A stretch of DNA of 64,000 bases, from the NCBI RefSeq assembly GCF_006345805.1, contig NC_042997.1, positions 66,650,001 to 66,714,000 of the forward strand. Direction: 5' to 3'. The DNA comes from Octopus sinensis (lineage: Eukaryota). Shown piece after piece: positions 25,085 through 41,077 of this stretch (positions within the stretch are counted from its first letter, which is position 1; the number at the start of each line of letters is the position of its first letter). A program made the position numbers and the translations under genes. The notes below the pieces were generated by a model, which searched no databases, was not told where the DNA came from, and worked only from the letters and a program-made list of their open reading frames with translations.

Positions 25085-25131
25085 TCATAGCTGACGATGT
25101 GCAAGAGCACAGAAATGCATGTGTCCTACAA
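25085..25131 (+). ncRNA. Minimal type-I hammerhead ribozyme relic (PLE pLTR type)
   Basis: TAG-CTGACGA-TGTGC-AAGA-GCACA-GAAA-TGCATGT-GTC-CTA: intact core, perfect 5-bp stem II, GUC cleavage triplet. Confidence 0.7.
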
Positions 25132-25176
25132 TCTAATGACAACATTCACCGCTCAATAAGTTTCCACACATATTGT

Positions 25177-25202
25177 TTCTTAGGAGAAATTTCTCCTAAG
25201 AA
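25177..25202. repeat. Perfect 26-bp palindrome
   Basis: TTCTTAGGAGAAATTTCTCCTAAGAA equals its own reverse complement. Confidence 0.95.
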
Positions 25203-25303
25203 TATTTTAGCAACGAAAGGCCTTCCCACACTGACAAGTATCTTTTAATATAGCGGCTGGCTGGTCAACTGAAACTGAAAGTAACCCATCACATATATAT
25301 ATA

Positions 25304-25813
25304 CCGTAAATCCTCGAGTATAATCTGCATTTTTTTCCTAAAATTTAAAGGTCAAAATCTCTAGTGCGTACTATATACAAGGTTAAAAATGATAATTATT
25401 TTCTAAACAATGTCCGTGTCTCTATTTGCTGTCCGGCAATGTTTATTCAGACGCATTTTGTGATGTCGGGCACGAAAATACCTTCAGCTAAGCCTGAAAG
25501 CAATGAACCCATAAAAGCATAATCCATAACTTACAGTAAGCAACATTTATTAAACGTTATAACTGTTATTTCTTTATTTTCTGCAAACAAAATGCACAAA
25601 AAAGCTACACGTTTGCATTATGTTATATGTACAATAATAATAAAGAACGTTACCATATGTTTTTACAAACCTAGGACGTTATATAGACCTCCTTGACTCA
25701 AGTTAGAGAAGGGGTGCATCTTATACACAAAGTTTAGGTTTTTCAGAGGTACAGTCCCCTAAAAATCCCCTGCATATTATACTGAAGAGCAGGCTATACT
25801 CGAGGATTTATGG
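25304..25813. mobile_element. pogo/Tigger-like MITE
   Basis: TA|CCGTAAATCCTCGAGTATA ... TATACTCGAGGATTTATGG terminal inverted repeats. Confidence 0.75.
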
Positions 25814-26081
25814 TGTATATATATAAATATATATATATACACATACACACATATACATACATATATATATATACACACATATACATACATATATATATTT
25901 ATACACATATACATACATATATATATATATACACATATACATATATATATACATATACATAAATATATATACATATATATATATACATATATATACATAC
26001 ATATATATACATATATATACACACATATATATACATATATATATACATACATATATATACATATATATACATACATATACA

Positions 26082-26127
<46 letters not shown>

Positions 26128-26150
26128 AAAATGTATTTGCCAACATAAAC

Positions 26151-26285
26151 TGGCAGTCCTGATTAGGATGATGTTACTACTTTGTTCAAGGTATAAGGAC
26201 ACAGTTGTGTGTTGGCAGCCAAATGAAAATGATGTTTTCCTAGGGTTAAAACAAGGTAATAACATCATCCTGATCAGGACTGCCA
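26151..26285. repeat. 36-bp inverted repeat (fold-back or MITE relic)
   Basis: Arms 26151-26186 and 26250-26285 differ at 3 positions, all transitions. Confidence 0.85.
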
Positions 26286-26813
26286 ATTCACATTGGAAAC
26301 AGAGTTTACTCTGTAGTACAGTTACCACTTACTTCTCACTCAGATATTTAAAACTGTTTTCCGCTTTGTTGTGTGTGTGTGTGTGCGCGCGTTTGTTTTT
26401 GTGTCTGTGTTTGTCCCACCACTACTTGACAACTAGTGTTGATGTGTTTACTTCCTTGTAACTTAACGATTTGACAAAAAGAAACCAATAGAATAAGCAT
26501 CAGGCCTACAAAATAAGTACTGGAGTTAATTCATTCAACTAAAAATTCCAAGTCGTATCCCAGCATGGCTACAGTCTAATGACTGAAACAAGTAAAAGAT
26601 ATAATTATATATATAGTTACTCCAAACATAAACAAAGAGAAAACACAACAACGCGAGGATGTGGAACAAGTATAGTGTTAGTGGATACTCAGGGAAGGAA
26701 AGAAAGAAGGAGGACTTAACGTTTCGAGCAGAGCTCTTTATCAGGAACATAGAAAAAGGAAAAGTCCAAGGAAGGGAAGACGGAGAAAGAAAATCGCCAA
26801 CGATACACGATTA

Positions 26814-26859
<46 letters not shown>

Positions 26860-27247
26860 CATCATCATCATCATTTAGTGTCTGTTTTTCATGTTACTAT
26901 GGATAAGACAGTTTGACTGGTGCTGGCAAGCCAGAGTTGCACCAGATTCCAGTCTGCACCAACTTAGTTTCTAAAACTGGATACCCTTCTTAATAGCAAC
27001 TACTCCACAGAGTGTACTGGGTACCTGTCACATGTCATTAGCATGGGTGCCTTTTACATGTCACCAGAACAAGTACCTTCTTCATGTCACTGGTACAGGT
27101 GCCTTTTATATGTCACCAAAATGGGTGCATTAATGTGTCACTGGTATAGGTGCTTTTTGTGTGTCACTGACACAGGTGCCTTCTATATGTCTCTGGCAGG
27201 TGTCTACTGGCAAAGGGTCTTTTATATGTCACCATACATACGTATAT

Positions 27248-27347
27248 NNNNNNNNNNNNNNNNNNNNNNNNNNNNNNNNNNNNNNNNNNNNNNNNNNNNN
27301 NNNNNNNNNNNNNNNNNNNNNNNNNNNNNNNNNNNNNNNNNNNNNNN
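27248..27347. other. Assembly gap (100 N)
   Basis: Run of N between an RTE-tail VNTR and a (TA)n array. Confidence 1.
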
Positions 27348-29527
<2,180 letters not shown>

Positions 29528-32500
29528 TTGATTGATTGATTGATTCCAGTTTCAGCTCATGAGCTGTGGCCATGCTGGGGCACCGCCATTTGGTGTTGCT
29601 ACTTGGTTTCACTTCATGGAGGCTTTCTAGCAACTGCTATTTGGTGCATGAGAGAGTTCGATGCAGCTGCCCTCATCTGCCCCTCCTGCCGTGAAGTTGG
29701 TTCATCTGGGACACCTGACAGGAAGAGATCCAGCTCCATTTTAAAGACATCTGTATCCACCCCATGCAGGTCTCTCAGGTTCATCGGGAGGATATTGAAG
29801 AGCTGTGGGCCTCGGAAGCCCAGGCTATCACAGAATCTTGTCCTACATCTTGATGGCAAGTTTGGAGTCCTAGGCACCACGCAGTGGCGCCCAGTTCTGG
29901 CGTTTTCGTAACTCTCGATGCCAAGTTCAGGACACTTCCCTCCAGGATTTCCAGATGTATATTATGGCATATCTTTCCCGCCTACGCTCCAGGGAATATA
30001 ATTTTAATCTCTTGAGTCTTTCCCAGTAGCTTACATTCTGCATAGAGGCTATCTTCTTCGTGTAGCTTCGTTGGATCGCCTCAAGTTCTGTGATCAACTT
30101 GACACTGGATGGTGACCATAGCTGAGAGCAATAGTCAAAGTGACTTAGGACAAGTGTCTTCCAGAGGACCATCATGTTTCTTGTTCTCTTGTTCTAAAGG
30201 TTTCTAAGAATCCATCCAGCCAGGCGTCTGCATTTCACTGTCAGTTTAGCAACATGTACATGAAAGGTCGCGTCATCACTCATGTGAATACCCAGGTCAC
30301 GCACTGATTGTGCCTCTGGGATTGCAATCCCTCCGGGTCCAGTGTATTCCTTGGGTATTGCATTTAATTTTTGCATGCTGATAGTATAAAGCTTGAAACT
30401 TTTCAGCATTGAACTGCATGCTATTCTTTTCAGCCCACTTGTATATTTCGTCCAGCTCATATTGCAGGTGCCTAGTGTCTTCAGGGTTCTGTATTGCCTG
30501 TGAAACTTTTGTATCATCTGCATAACTTGTGATCGTGGCTCTCCGCGTGGCTGAGGGCATGTCTGAGAGGGCCATTATGAACAGTAGTGGTCCCAAAACA
30601 GTGCCCTGTGAAACACCGCTCACTATTTGCGTGCTAATGGAAGTGGCCCCATTGGCTACTACCACCTGACTTCTATTCTTCAGAAAGTCGTGAAGCCATT
30701 CTCCTAGTTTTCCAACTATGCCAAGATCACGCAGTTTGTGACATATCATTCCATGATCGACTTTATCGAAGGCCTTTGCGAAGTCGAGATATATGACTTC
30801 CACATTTGAGTGGTTGAGCAGTTGTTTCAGCACCCAGTCATAGTGCTGCAGGAGCTGAGTTAAGCAGCTTCTCTTCCTGGTCGGAAACCATGTTGGTGTC
30901 AGGCAGCAAGTCATTTTCTTCAAGGAAGGTGATTAGTTTCCTTCTGACTATTCGTTCCATGACCTTGCTGATGTGTGAGGTCAGAGAGATACGTCTGTAG
31001 TTCTTGGCCTCCGCTCTGCTACCTCCTTTATGAATAGGGCATATTTTTACCTTCCTTCAGTTTTCTTGGAAGTTTGCCAGCTGCAAGGAAGCTCTGAAAG
31101 AGGAACTGCAGTGGTCTTGCTAAGACTCTCTTACATACTTTTAGGAGGATTGCGGGAATCCATCGGGGCCAATAGCTGAGTCTATTTTCATTTCATCTAT
31201 AGCCTTTATTACATCATCTTCCTTATATCGATGTAATTTAACGTCGCCGCCTCTGATTCTATATCTGCAATGGTAAAAAAGTCAGTTGGATTGCTGATTT
31301 GGAAATGCCCAAGGGGTGGAGTGAAAACACTCTTGAATTGTTCATTCAGTATTTCACTTACCCTCATTGGTTTTCCTGTGAGTGTGCCATCCTTTTCAAG
31401 GAGTGGCCCTATCCTACAGTGCACCGTAGCTGTTTCTTTGGCATACCTGTAGAAAGCTCTGGGGTTAGTTTTTATGTTGTCTATAGCCCAGGCTTCTTTG
31501 TCTGCTCTTTCCTTCTCATGGGAGAGTTGCAGACAATTTTCAATTTCCAACAGTTTTATTTTCAGGCGGGACTTTTCACTGCTTTCAATTTGTTTGTTTA
31601 GGCGATTTGAGATTTTGTGCGCCGTCTCATTAAAATTTTTCTCTCTCTGGGGATTTTGTTCTTGTGTACAGTGGCCTTTCTCTCTGGGACACATTTGTAG
31701 CATATGGCTTGCATTACAGACATGAATTGTTGAAGTATCATGTCGATGTCCGGCGAGGAGAGACATTCAGGCCAGTTTTGTTTGAGGATCTCTTTCTCAA
31801 TTTGTTTCCAGTTTGCCTTATTGAAGTTCAAGCTGGAAAGACTCTGAGGGTTTCTTGTAGGCTGCATGTCCGTGCTCTCTTTTGGCCCGTACATGGTCAG
31901 CTCTACCATGTTGTGATCCGAGAGTAGTGTCGGTGTCACTTTCACATTATGGATGAGATCCATATTATTTGTGAGCAGAGATCCAGTGTGTTACCCCTCT
32001 GGTTGGTTGGAGTATTACTTGCTCCATGTACAGGTGTTGGTGAGGTTCAGGAGGGACCTCGCCTGTCCTCGTTCACATCTTGTCATTCCTGGGAGAGAAA
32101 GGCCCTCGGGCCATCTGACATTCGGTAGATTGAAGTCTCCCATGAGAAGTACACTTATGTGTTGTTCTAATGTGGTTAGAACTTCTTCTATTTTTAAAAG
32201 GCAGTCCTCAAACTTTGCCCATATGACTTGGGGCATCTGGAGGGCGATATGTAGCACACACAACTACATCAAGTTGCCTTATGTGTACAATTAGTGTGTC
32301 ACACACCGAGTTTGAGTATGACAAAAGGACCTGGGGTGAGGTCCCCACGGATGTACATAGCAACTCCTCCATGACTTCTTTCTTTCCTGTCGGTCCTAGT
32401 ACAACATACTGTGGTATGTGTAATTCCGCATCTGCTATGTCCGGTTTCAGATGCGTTTCTGTGAGTGCTATGCATAAGGCTTGATTGCATGCGACAAAGT

Positions 32501-32534
32501 CTCTCAGGAACGGGACTTTTTGGCATTTTATCTG
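29528..32534 (-). mobile_element. CR1-clade LINE, nearly complete ORF2 (APE endonuclease plus RT), frameshifted
   Basis: [84 protein letters not shown]; (TCAA)n tail at 29528. Confidence 0.93.
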
Positions 32535-32561
32535 ATATATATATATATATACGTACATATA

Positions 32562-32599
<38 letters not shown>

Positions 32600-32602
32600 A
32601 AC

Positions 32603-32679
<77 letters not shown>

Positions 32680-32785
32680 TACATATATATATACATACAT
32701 ATATATACATATATACATATATATATACATACATATATACATATATATATATATACATATATATATACATACATATATACATACA

Positions 32786-32837
<52 letters not shown>

Positions 32838-33008
32838 AATATATATATACATATATACATATATACATACATACATATATACATACATACATACATATAT
32901 ATATATATACATACATACATATATACATACATACATACATATACATACATACATATATACATACATACATATATATATACATACATACATATATACATAC
33001 ATACATAT

Positions 33009-33039
<31 letters not shown>

Positions 33040-33156
33040 CATACATACATATATACATACATACATATATACATACATACATATATACATACATACATAC
33101 ATATATACATATATACATATATATATATACATATATATACATATATATATATATAC

Positions 33157-33253
<97 letters not shown>

Positions 33254-33411
33254 TATATATATATATATATACATACATATATATATATATATACATACAT
33301 ATATATATACATACATATATATATACATACATATATATATACATACATATATATATACATACATATATATATACATACATATATATATACATACATATAT
33401 ATATACATACA

Positions 33412-33451
<40 letters not shown>

Positions 33452-33496
33452 CATACATATATATATACATACATATATATATACATACATATATAT

Positions 33497-33563
<67 letters not shown>
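32535..33563. repeat. ~1 kb compound (TA)n/(TACA)n microsatellite
   Basis: Direct reading. Confidence 0.95.
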
Positions 33564-33566
<3 letters not shown>

Positions 33567-33851
33567 AACCTTTACATAAATAAATAACATGAAATATACG
33601 AAGGGACAAACAAAAAGACAAACGGGTCATTCAAAGCCTTCATTCTTCAGTCAGAAACTGATCCCTCATCGCAGACTTCGGCTACAAATGAGTGTAACAG
33701 TAGAGATCCAGGTGTCACTACATACACTGCATGAATAGCATTTGGTTGGTACTTCTGCACCAAGTTTGATATTTACATATATTGCTGTGTATGCATGTTA
33801 TTTCAACCCAAGGAGGTTGAAATTTAAGAACCTAATTCAACTGAACCTTAG

Positions 33852-33923
<72 letters not shown>

Positions 33924-34951
33924 GTTGTGTGTTACTGTTACTTTGCTTTGACATCACATGTTAGTTGTAAGCTAGTGTCACTATCATGCAAACATTTATT
34001 TCCAGTCTTCCAGGAAAACATGTCTGGACATGGGAAATATTATCTTACTCGGAAATAAGGATTGGTGAAAGCAAGGGCATCCAGCAGTAGAAAAACTGCT
34101 TTAACAAATTCCATCTGACCCATGTGACCATGGAAAAGTGGATACTAAAATAATGGTGTGTGTGTGTGTGTGTTTGGGTGGGTGAGGGTGTGGTGTGTGT
34201 ATATGTATACATATTTGTGGGTGTGAGAGAGAGAGAGTGTGTGTGTGTGTGTGTGCATGTAGGGGTGAGTGTGTGTGTTTGTGGGGGATGGTGAAAGTGT
34301 GTGTGTGTGTGCATGTAGGGGTGGGTGTGTGTGTTTGTGGGGGATGGTGAAAGTGTGTGTGTGTGTGTGTAATTTAGGGAGTGATTTTGAAATATTACTG
34401 CAGTGTCAGATAAAATGCCATTTTCCCTCTGTATTTCAATTGCACCAAACTTGATTCAGCCTTTCATTATTTCATTTATTCAGGTTCAATAAAATTAACA
34501 CAAGTACTCAGGTTGACCTAATCAACTGTTTTCTCACTGCTGAAGAAATCAATAGGGTTAGTCATTTTTTGATGAGTAACACAAATAAGAAGTTAGGAAA
34601 TTAGCCACACTAATTTGTAAATGAATACATAGCAATTTTACATATACATGATGGTCTCTCCCACTGAAGATGACATATGGATATTCATCTTTTGCCAAAT
34701 GACCTACACAAATTAATTATTTATAGAGATCAAATGTATATGCTGTACGTTAGCTCACTCCCTCCATCAAATCAACATTATCTGAACTGGTGCATGGTAT
34801 ACCATGCACCAGGTGTCAAAGTGATCTCACAGAAACGTGAGATGATGTTTTGCCCAGAACACAATGCACCACCTGGTCTAGGGATTGAAATCACAATCTC
34901 ATGGTTCTGAGTGCAACATCCCAATCAGTAAGCCATGAATCCTCACATGTA

Positions 34952-35797
34952 CAGGGTACATTGAATATATTATCGTCTAAATTACACAAAAATGACAATG
35001 ACACTGACATCTCATTTTAACAGATATATTTACCAAAATTACTTTAAAATATCTTGAAATACTAAAGAGTAAATTTATACAATAAAATTGCCATACTATT
35101 TTCAACCACGGCCTCCAGATGACTTTGGAATCCCCTGCAACTCTTCTGGTGAATGCTGCCTTAATCCTTGCTTTCAGTTCATCTTTGGTGTTGCAAAAAG
35201 TTTTGTTGGTCTCTCGCTCAACTTCACCTCACGCATAATAATCAAGGGGTTTACAGTCTGGGAAGTTAGGTGGCCAGATGTTAGGGTTGGTGTGGTCACA
35301 GAAATTGTCTGACCGCCATAGCTGGGTTCTCCTGCTTGTGTGGCATGGCGTAGAGTCCTGTTGCTAGACATAGGGTCTTCCAGCAGCCACCCTCTTAAGC
35401 CAGGGCAACACTACCTCCTCCAGGCACTTGAAATAGGCCTCCATGTTCAGTCTGAGGCTGTGTGAGAAGATGAATGGAAGCATAATGTCACCATCACTAG
35501 TGATCACTCCAAACACAATGATGTTGACTGGATGCTTGATTTTTATAGTACATGCACTATCCTCAGATTGGCACCCAAACACTCTGAAATGTTCATATTG
35601 GAGCATCTGATGTGACTGCCAAGCAGTAGAGCATGTCGTTTCCAAAGTTCTGGCAGAGTGAATTGTGTTATGGTGTTGTTTTTCCACAGACAGTGATCAA
35701 CTGACCCTACTATACTGTGTAGACAACAAAATCAAAAGCAATGCGCATGTGCAAAATTAAAAGTATAAAATAGTGATAAGTTACCCATCACACCCTG
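34952..35797 (-). mobile_element. Tc1/mariner maT-like element, internally deleted
   Basis: CAGGGT...CCCTG termini; VFGVITSDG, VAAGRPYV, WPPNFPDCKPLDY motifs; second copy at 42064-42928. Confidence 0.75.
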
Positions 35798-35809
35798 CAT
35801 ATATATATA

Positions 35810-37020
35810 TTGGGTCACCCCATATATAATGCAGTATTTTTATACTCCTTTTATTTTTCAAAATTAAGATAAAGTTCTTTTTTAATCTATAATATACTCT
35901 CCATTTTCTACAATGCTCTTCCATCTAACAGGTAAACTTGCAAGGCCCCTCTTCCAAAATTCACTTGTCTGTGATGAAAAATATTCCTCCAGTACTTTTC
36001 TGACCTCATCTACAGAATTCATATTTTTTCAATTCAAATGATTTTGAAGACTGTGGAATAAATGATAATCAGATGGGGCAATGTCGAACTGCTCCAACTT
36101 TTGGAATGTCATTCTCATTGTATGTGGCTGAGCATTATCCTGATGGAAGAACACCTTCTGTCTTGAAACCAAAGATGGTTGTTTTTCTTCTAACACCAAC
36201 TTAACCTGTTTAAGCTGCTCACAGTAGATCTCATTTGTTAGTGTTTGCTTTGGATTTAAAAGTTCAAAGTGAACTAAACCTTTCATATCCCACCTAACAG
36301 AAAACAACACCTTATGTGGGTGAAGACCTTCTCTAGCCTGAGGTATCGGTGTTCCTCCTTTCCCTACCCACTGTCTTCAGTGCTTGACATTTTTATAGAG
36401 GACCCATTTCTCATCACAAGTCACTATTCAGTCCAAAAAAGGTTCATTTGTGAGACGTGACAGCAAAGAAGAGCACACATTCACTCTCTGCATGCAATTA
36501 GACTCAGAAAGTTTATGAGGAACCCATCGACTCAATTTGCTGACTTTTCCGATGGCACGCAAGCATCAATGAATCCAAGCTTCCCTGTTAGTTCCTCAAT
36601 AGTTACAATGGGATTTTGTTCCACCAGGGTTTGCAGGATGTCCTTGTGCTCTATAGATCTTCCAGGACAAGGCTCATCTTCTAGGCTGTTGTTTCCAGCT
36701 CAGAATTTCTGGAACCACCATTGACACTGGCTTATGTTTATTGTCCAATCCTCATATACTGTATTAATATTCCTTGCACTTTCCATTGCACTGTTGCCTT
36801 TATTGAACTCATAAAGCAAAAAATGCCGAATATGTTCCTGTGTCACTTCCATTATAGCTTTGAAAAAATAACTGTTAAAATCAAACTGCACTCATCAAAA
36901 CTTGAATAAGAACAAGGTAAAATTACTACATGCTTTCATAGCAAGTTGATGCCGGTAGTTTCCTATCCCCCTCTGACTTTTAGTTCATGCAATTGAAAAA
37001 ATGGCATTATCTATGGGATG

Positions 37021-37026
<6 letters not shown>
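35810..37026 (-). mobile_element. Near full-length mariner (1217 bp), decayed
   Basis: Imperfect TIRs TTGGGTCACCCCATATATAATGC / TAGGGTCATCCCATAGATAATGC with TA flanks; HIRHFLLYEF, QWWFQKF, HQDNAQPH, IAPSDYHLFHSLQNHL. Confidence 0.92.
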
Positions 37027-37110
<84 letters not shown>

Positions 37111-37926
37111 ATGTATATATATATATGTATGTATGTATGTACATACATATGTATGTATGCATGCATATATATTATGTGGTAATGCTTTAACAAGTAGAAA
37201 AGCACTCAATCAGCCAAGAGAGTAAAGATAATCTTAAACTAAAAACCACAAATCTTGCAATAATAGCTACCCATGGTTTCCTTGTTGAAATGATAATTCA
37301 TTCCACCATTTATCAAGCTGAAAACAAGACCATTTGTCAATTGCCTTTTGAGCAGATGACGTTATCTTCCTAAGTCACATAGACTCATAAGGCCAGTTTC
37401 TTGGTTTCTGAAGCATATATATTCCCCATTGGATGGGATGCTGCTCCATCACAGAAATACTCATTTTTGCCAGCTAAGTGAACTGGAGCACTGTGAAATA
37501 AAGTGTTATGCCGAAGAACATAACACATTACTCAATTCAGGAATCAAAACACCAAGCTACATGCCTCCATGCTTCCACTATGTGTATGTATATAAATATA
37601 TATAGGTGTCATGTAAAAAGCACCCAGTAAATATGCATTGTAAAGTGGTTGTCATTAGGCAGGGCATCCAGTTGTAGAAACCATGCCATAGCAGATAATA
37701 GAGTTTCGTGTAGTCCTCTGGCTTATCAGCTCCTGTTAAACTGTCCAACCCGTACCACCATGAAAGATGGATGTTAAATGATGAAAAGAACAGTATGTAC
37801 ATATATATGTATACGTGTATGTGTGTATTACTATTGATAACAAAGATGGTAGTAGCAGCAGCAGTGACAACAATAATAACAGCAATTATAAGAAGGGAGA
37901 AGAAATACAAGTAACTTACAAAGCAG

Positions 37927-38779
37927 TATCAAAGAGTTCCTGAAGTAGTTATGTTTAATAAAGAAATAACTTATTTACAGAAGTTTTAACATCAACTCCT
38001 TCAAAGTAGTCACCTTGTGCAGCAATACACTGGTTCTAGTGTTCTTGCCACTTCTGAAATCCGGCCTGGAAGTTGTTTTCCGTAAGTGAGTCAAGGACCT
38101 CCTGTGATTCGCTCTTGATTTCAACAATGGTGTTAAAACAGTAGCCTTTGAGCAGCATTTTCATCTTGGGGAAGAGATGGAAGTCTGCAAGTGCCAAATC
38201 TGGCGAATAAGGCAGGTGTGGAATTGATAGCATGCTGTTTTTGGCAAGAAATTCATGAGTGAGGAGAGCTCAGTGACAGGGTGCAATCTAGACATTTGGA
38301 TTGCCTGTACTCACCGATACAACAGACCAGTAGTGTTGTCAATTGTCCTCTGGTGATCATTACGCACAAGTTGATTTTCTTCACATTTCCAGGGGTGATA
38401 CTTGTGGCAGGTCTTCCAGATCACTCATCATCTTCCAAGGATGTTTCTTCTGCTTTTGAAGCACTTGTCCCACTTGAAATATTGTGCCTCATTGCCGTAA
38501 TCTTGCTGAAGCATGCTCAATGTCTCTGTAGCAGACTTCCCAAGTTCAACACAAAATTTCAAGTTGTCTCTTTGTCCCAACTTCCTGTCCATGATAAACA
38601 TTGCAGACTACAGCATACACGTGATCACAAAAACACAAATTTCACAGCTTGAGAAGTAAACACAGCAATATCACCTGCCACACTGCCTCATGAAGGTCAT
38701 TGCCAGCTCTCATTGCACACACAACTGTGTGCTGCCACCTGCTGGTGCACTACAGAGCTAGTCTGGGAACTTTTTGATA
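37927..38779 (-). mobile_element. Second mariner family (irritans-like), internally deleted
   Basis: N-terminal KFCVELGKSATETL, C-terminal HLPYSPDLALADFHLFPKMK; TIR-like TATCAAA(G/A)AGTTCC at both ends. Confidence 0.8.
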
Positions 38780-38835
38780 CATGAATGGCAATGAAAAATA
38801 AAGAAAAAGAGAGAGAAAAACAGAAAATCTGTGCA

Positions 38836-38892
<57 letters not shown>

Positions 38893-40684
38893 AAGGCAAT
38901 CCAAAACAGATCTGGTGAGAAATTGTTCAAATGAAACATAAGAATATTCGGTTACACAGATGGATCTATAAGGGATCACAAATCATGAAGAGATACTGCA
39001 TTACACAACTATGTAATGGAGAAATAAAAAGAGAAACAAAATGTTATGATGATGATGATGATGACGACGATGACGACGACATTGTAACTGAAAAAACAGT
39101 TGGTTCAACTTTGGTTGTATTTGATACTTCATGACTGTAAAACCACAATAAGCATGAAGAAAAAAAAACAGACCATGAAGAAAAAAAAAAAACAAGAGTT
39201 AAATCATTATATATTTCAAATTTATGTGACATTAAGGTATAGGATTACAAATGATATGGTTATAAGTTGAAGATCTTACTAGTAAAAAAAAACTTATAGC
39301 AATTTGCTCTAGTTTTACCAGCCTAACAAAATCAAATTTCTTACTTCTACTCACAAATATTAAAAAAAAAAAATTAAAATGCAACAAGAACAACAAAACC
39401 TATGCCATGGAAAGTTCAAGTAAAACAGTAACTTAAAATATCACGAGATAACAACTTGTATTTATGAAAGCAAAGATTTAAGTACAAAGTTAAATGACTA
39501 TAGTTCAAAATAGTTGTATAAAAAAAAAAATCAGGCTTTTACTAACTGGTGCATACAAAAATAATTAAATAAATTACTTATCTCAGTCACATGAGATAAA
39601 GTAAAGAAAAAAATAGAAAGTATGAAATAAAAAGCAAACATCTGAATCCACCTCCACTTATTATTTATTTTTTTAATATAACCAGGAAACAGGAAAGGCA
39701 ACTAGTAATGAATATGGAGGAGGAGAGTTGAGTAAAATTGTGCCAAGCAATACACATGAAAGGAATAAGAGGAAGACACGAGCAGAGGTGAGTGGTGGTG
39801 AGGGGTGAAAGCTGATCTGAAAGGCTGAACCTTACAAAGGAAACGATAGTGGACACCAACAAATGGTGAGACACTGTGCTAAAGATCTAGCCAACCCATG
39901 AAAATATCGGAAAGCAAACACAGACTGATGACAATGATGATGATATTAGTGGTAGTGGTGGTGACAATGATGATGATGTCAATTTTCACAGGTTGATGAT
40001 ATATGATGAAAATGCTTTGTCATCATCATCATCAACATTTAACGCCCATCTTCCATGCTGGCATAGGTTGGAAGGCTTGACAGAAACTGGCAAAGCCAGG
40101 GGCTACACCAATTTCCATAGTCTGTTACAGCTCGGCTTCCACAGCTTGATGCCCTTGCTAACACCAACCATTTTACAGAGTGTACTGGGTGCTTTTTATG
40201 TGGTGCCAGCATCAGTGCTTTTTACATAGTACCAGCACCCACACCAAAACTTTTTATATGGCACTTTGGTTTTAGGATCTCAATTCTGTTATTGTTTTTG
40301 CAAAGACACTACTGCTATAAGTAAAGCAAATCCAAGTAATAAGTTTGGCTTTCTGAGTACTTAATCTCAGATGCTATTTTCCAATAATATTTCTTATACA
40401 ATGCAGCAATGATTTTTGAAGCTTTACATGTCACAGAGTCCAATATGCAGCAAAAAATCATTTAGATCAGACAACTGCTCTGAAAAACTTTATATTTTGG
40501 TACACTGCATTCTACCACAGGAAACCATGGATCATAAATATAAAGTTACTTTCTTGAGTTATATCAACTCAAAAGGGTCGATTTCTGGATTTAATGATAT
40601 ATATGTTCCCTGACTGGAACACAGGATTATTCATTTTGCCAGTTGAGTGGTAGGAGCTGCCTCACCTAGCTCTTACAACATTAT

Positions 40685-40925
40685 GACTGAATGTTGAGGC
40701 AGTTACTTAACTCAAATGTGGACATAATATACCTTGATTTTGGAAAAGCTTTGGATAAAGTCGATCATGGTATATGCCACAAACTGTATGATCTCGGCAT
40801 AGCTGGAAAACTTGAAGAGTGGTTACATAACTTCCTGAATGATAGAAGTCAAACAGTAGTGGACAATGGAGCCATCTCAATGAAAACACAAATAGTGAGC
40901 AGTGTTTCACAGGGCACTGTCTTGC
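40685..40925 (+). mobile_element. CR1 RT internal fragment, same family as 29528-32534
   Basis: QLLNSNVDIIYLDFGKALDKVDHG...SSVSQGTVL. Confidence 0.85.
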
Positions 40926-41016
40926 TTGCCAGTAGAAGACACTTTCCACAAAGTGCCATGCAGTGGGACCAAACCCAGAACCATATGTGGTTGGGAAGCA
41001 AGCTTCTTACTACACG

Positions 41017-41077
<61 letters not shown>

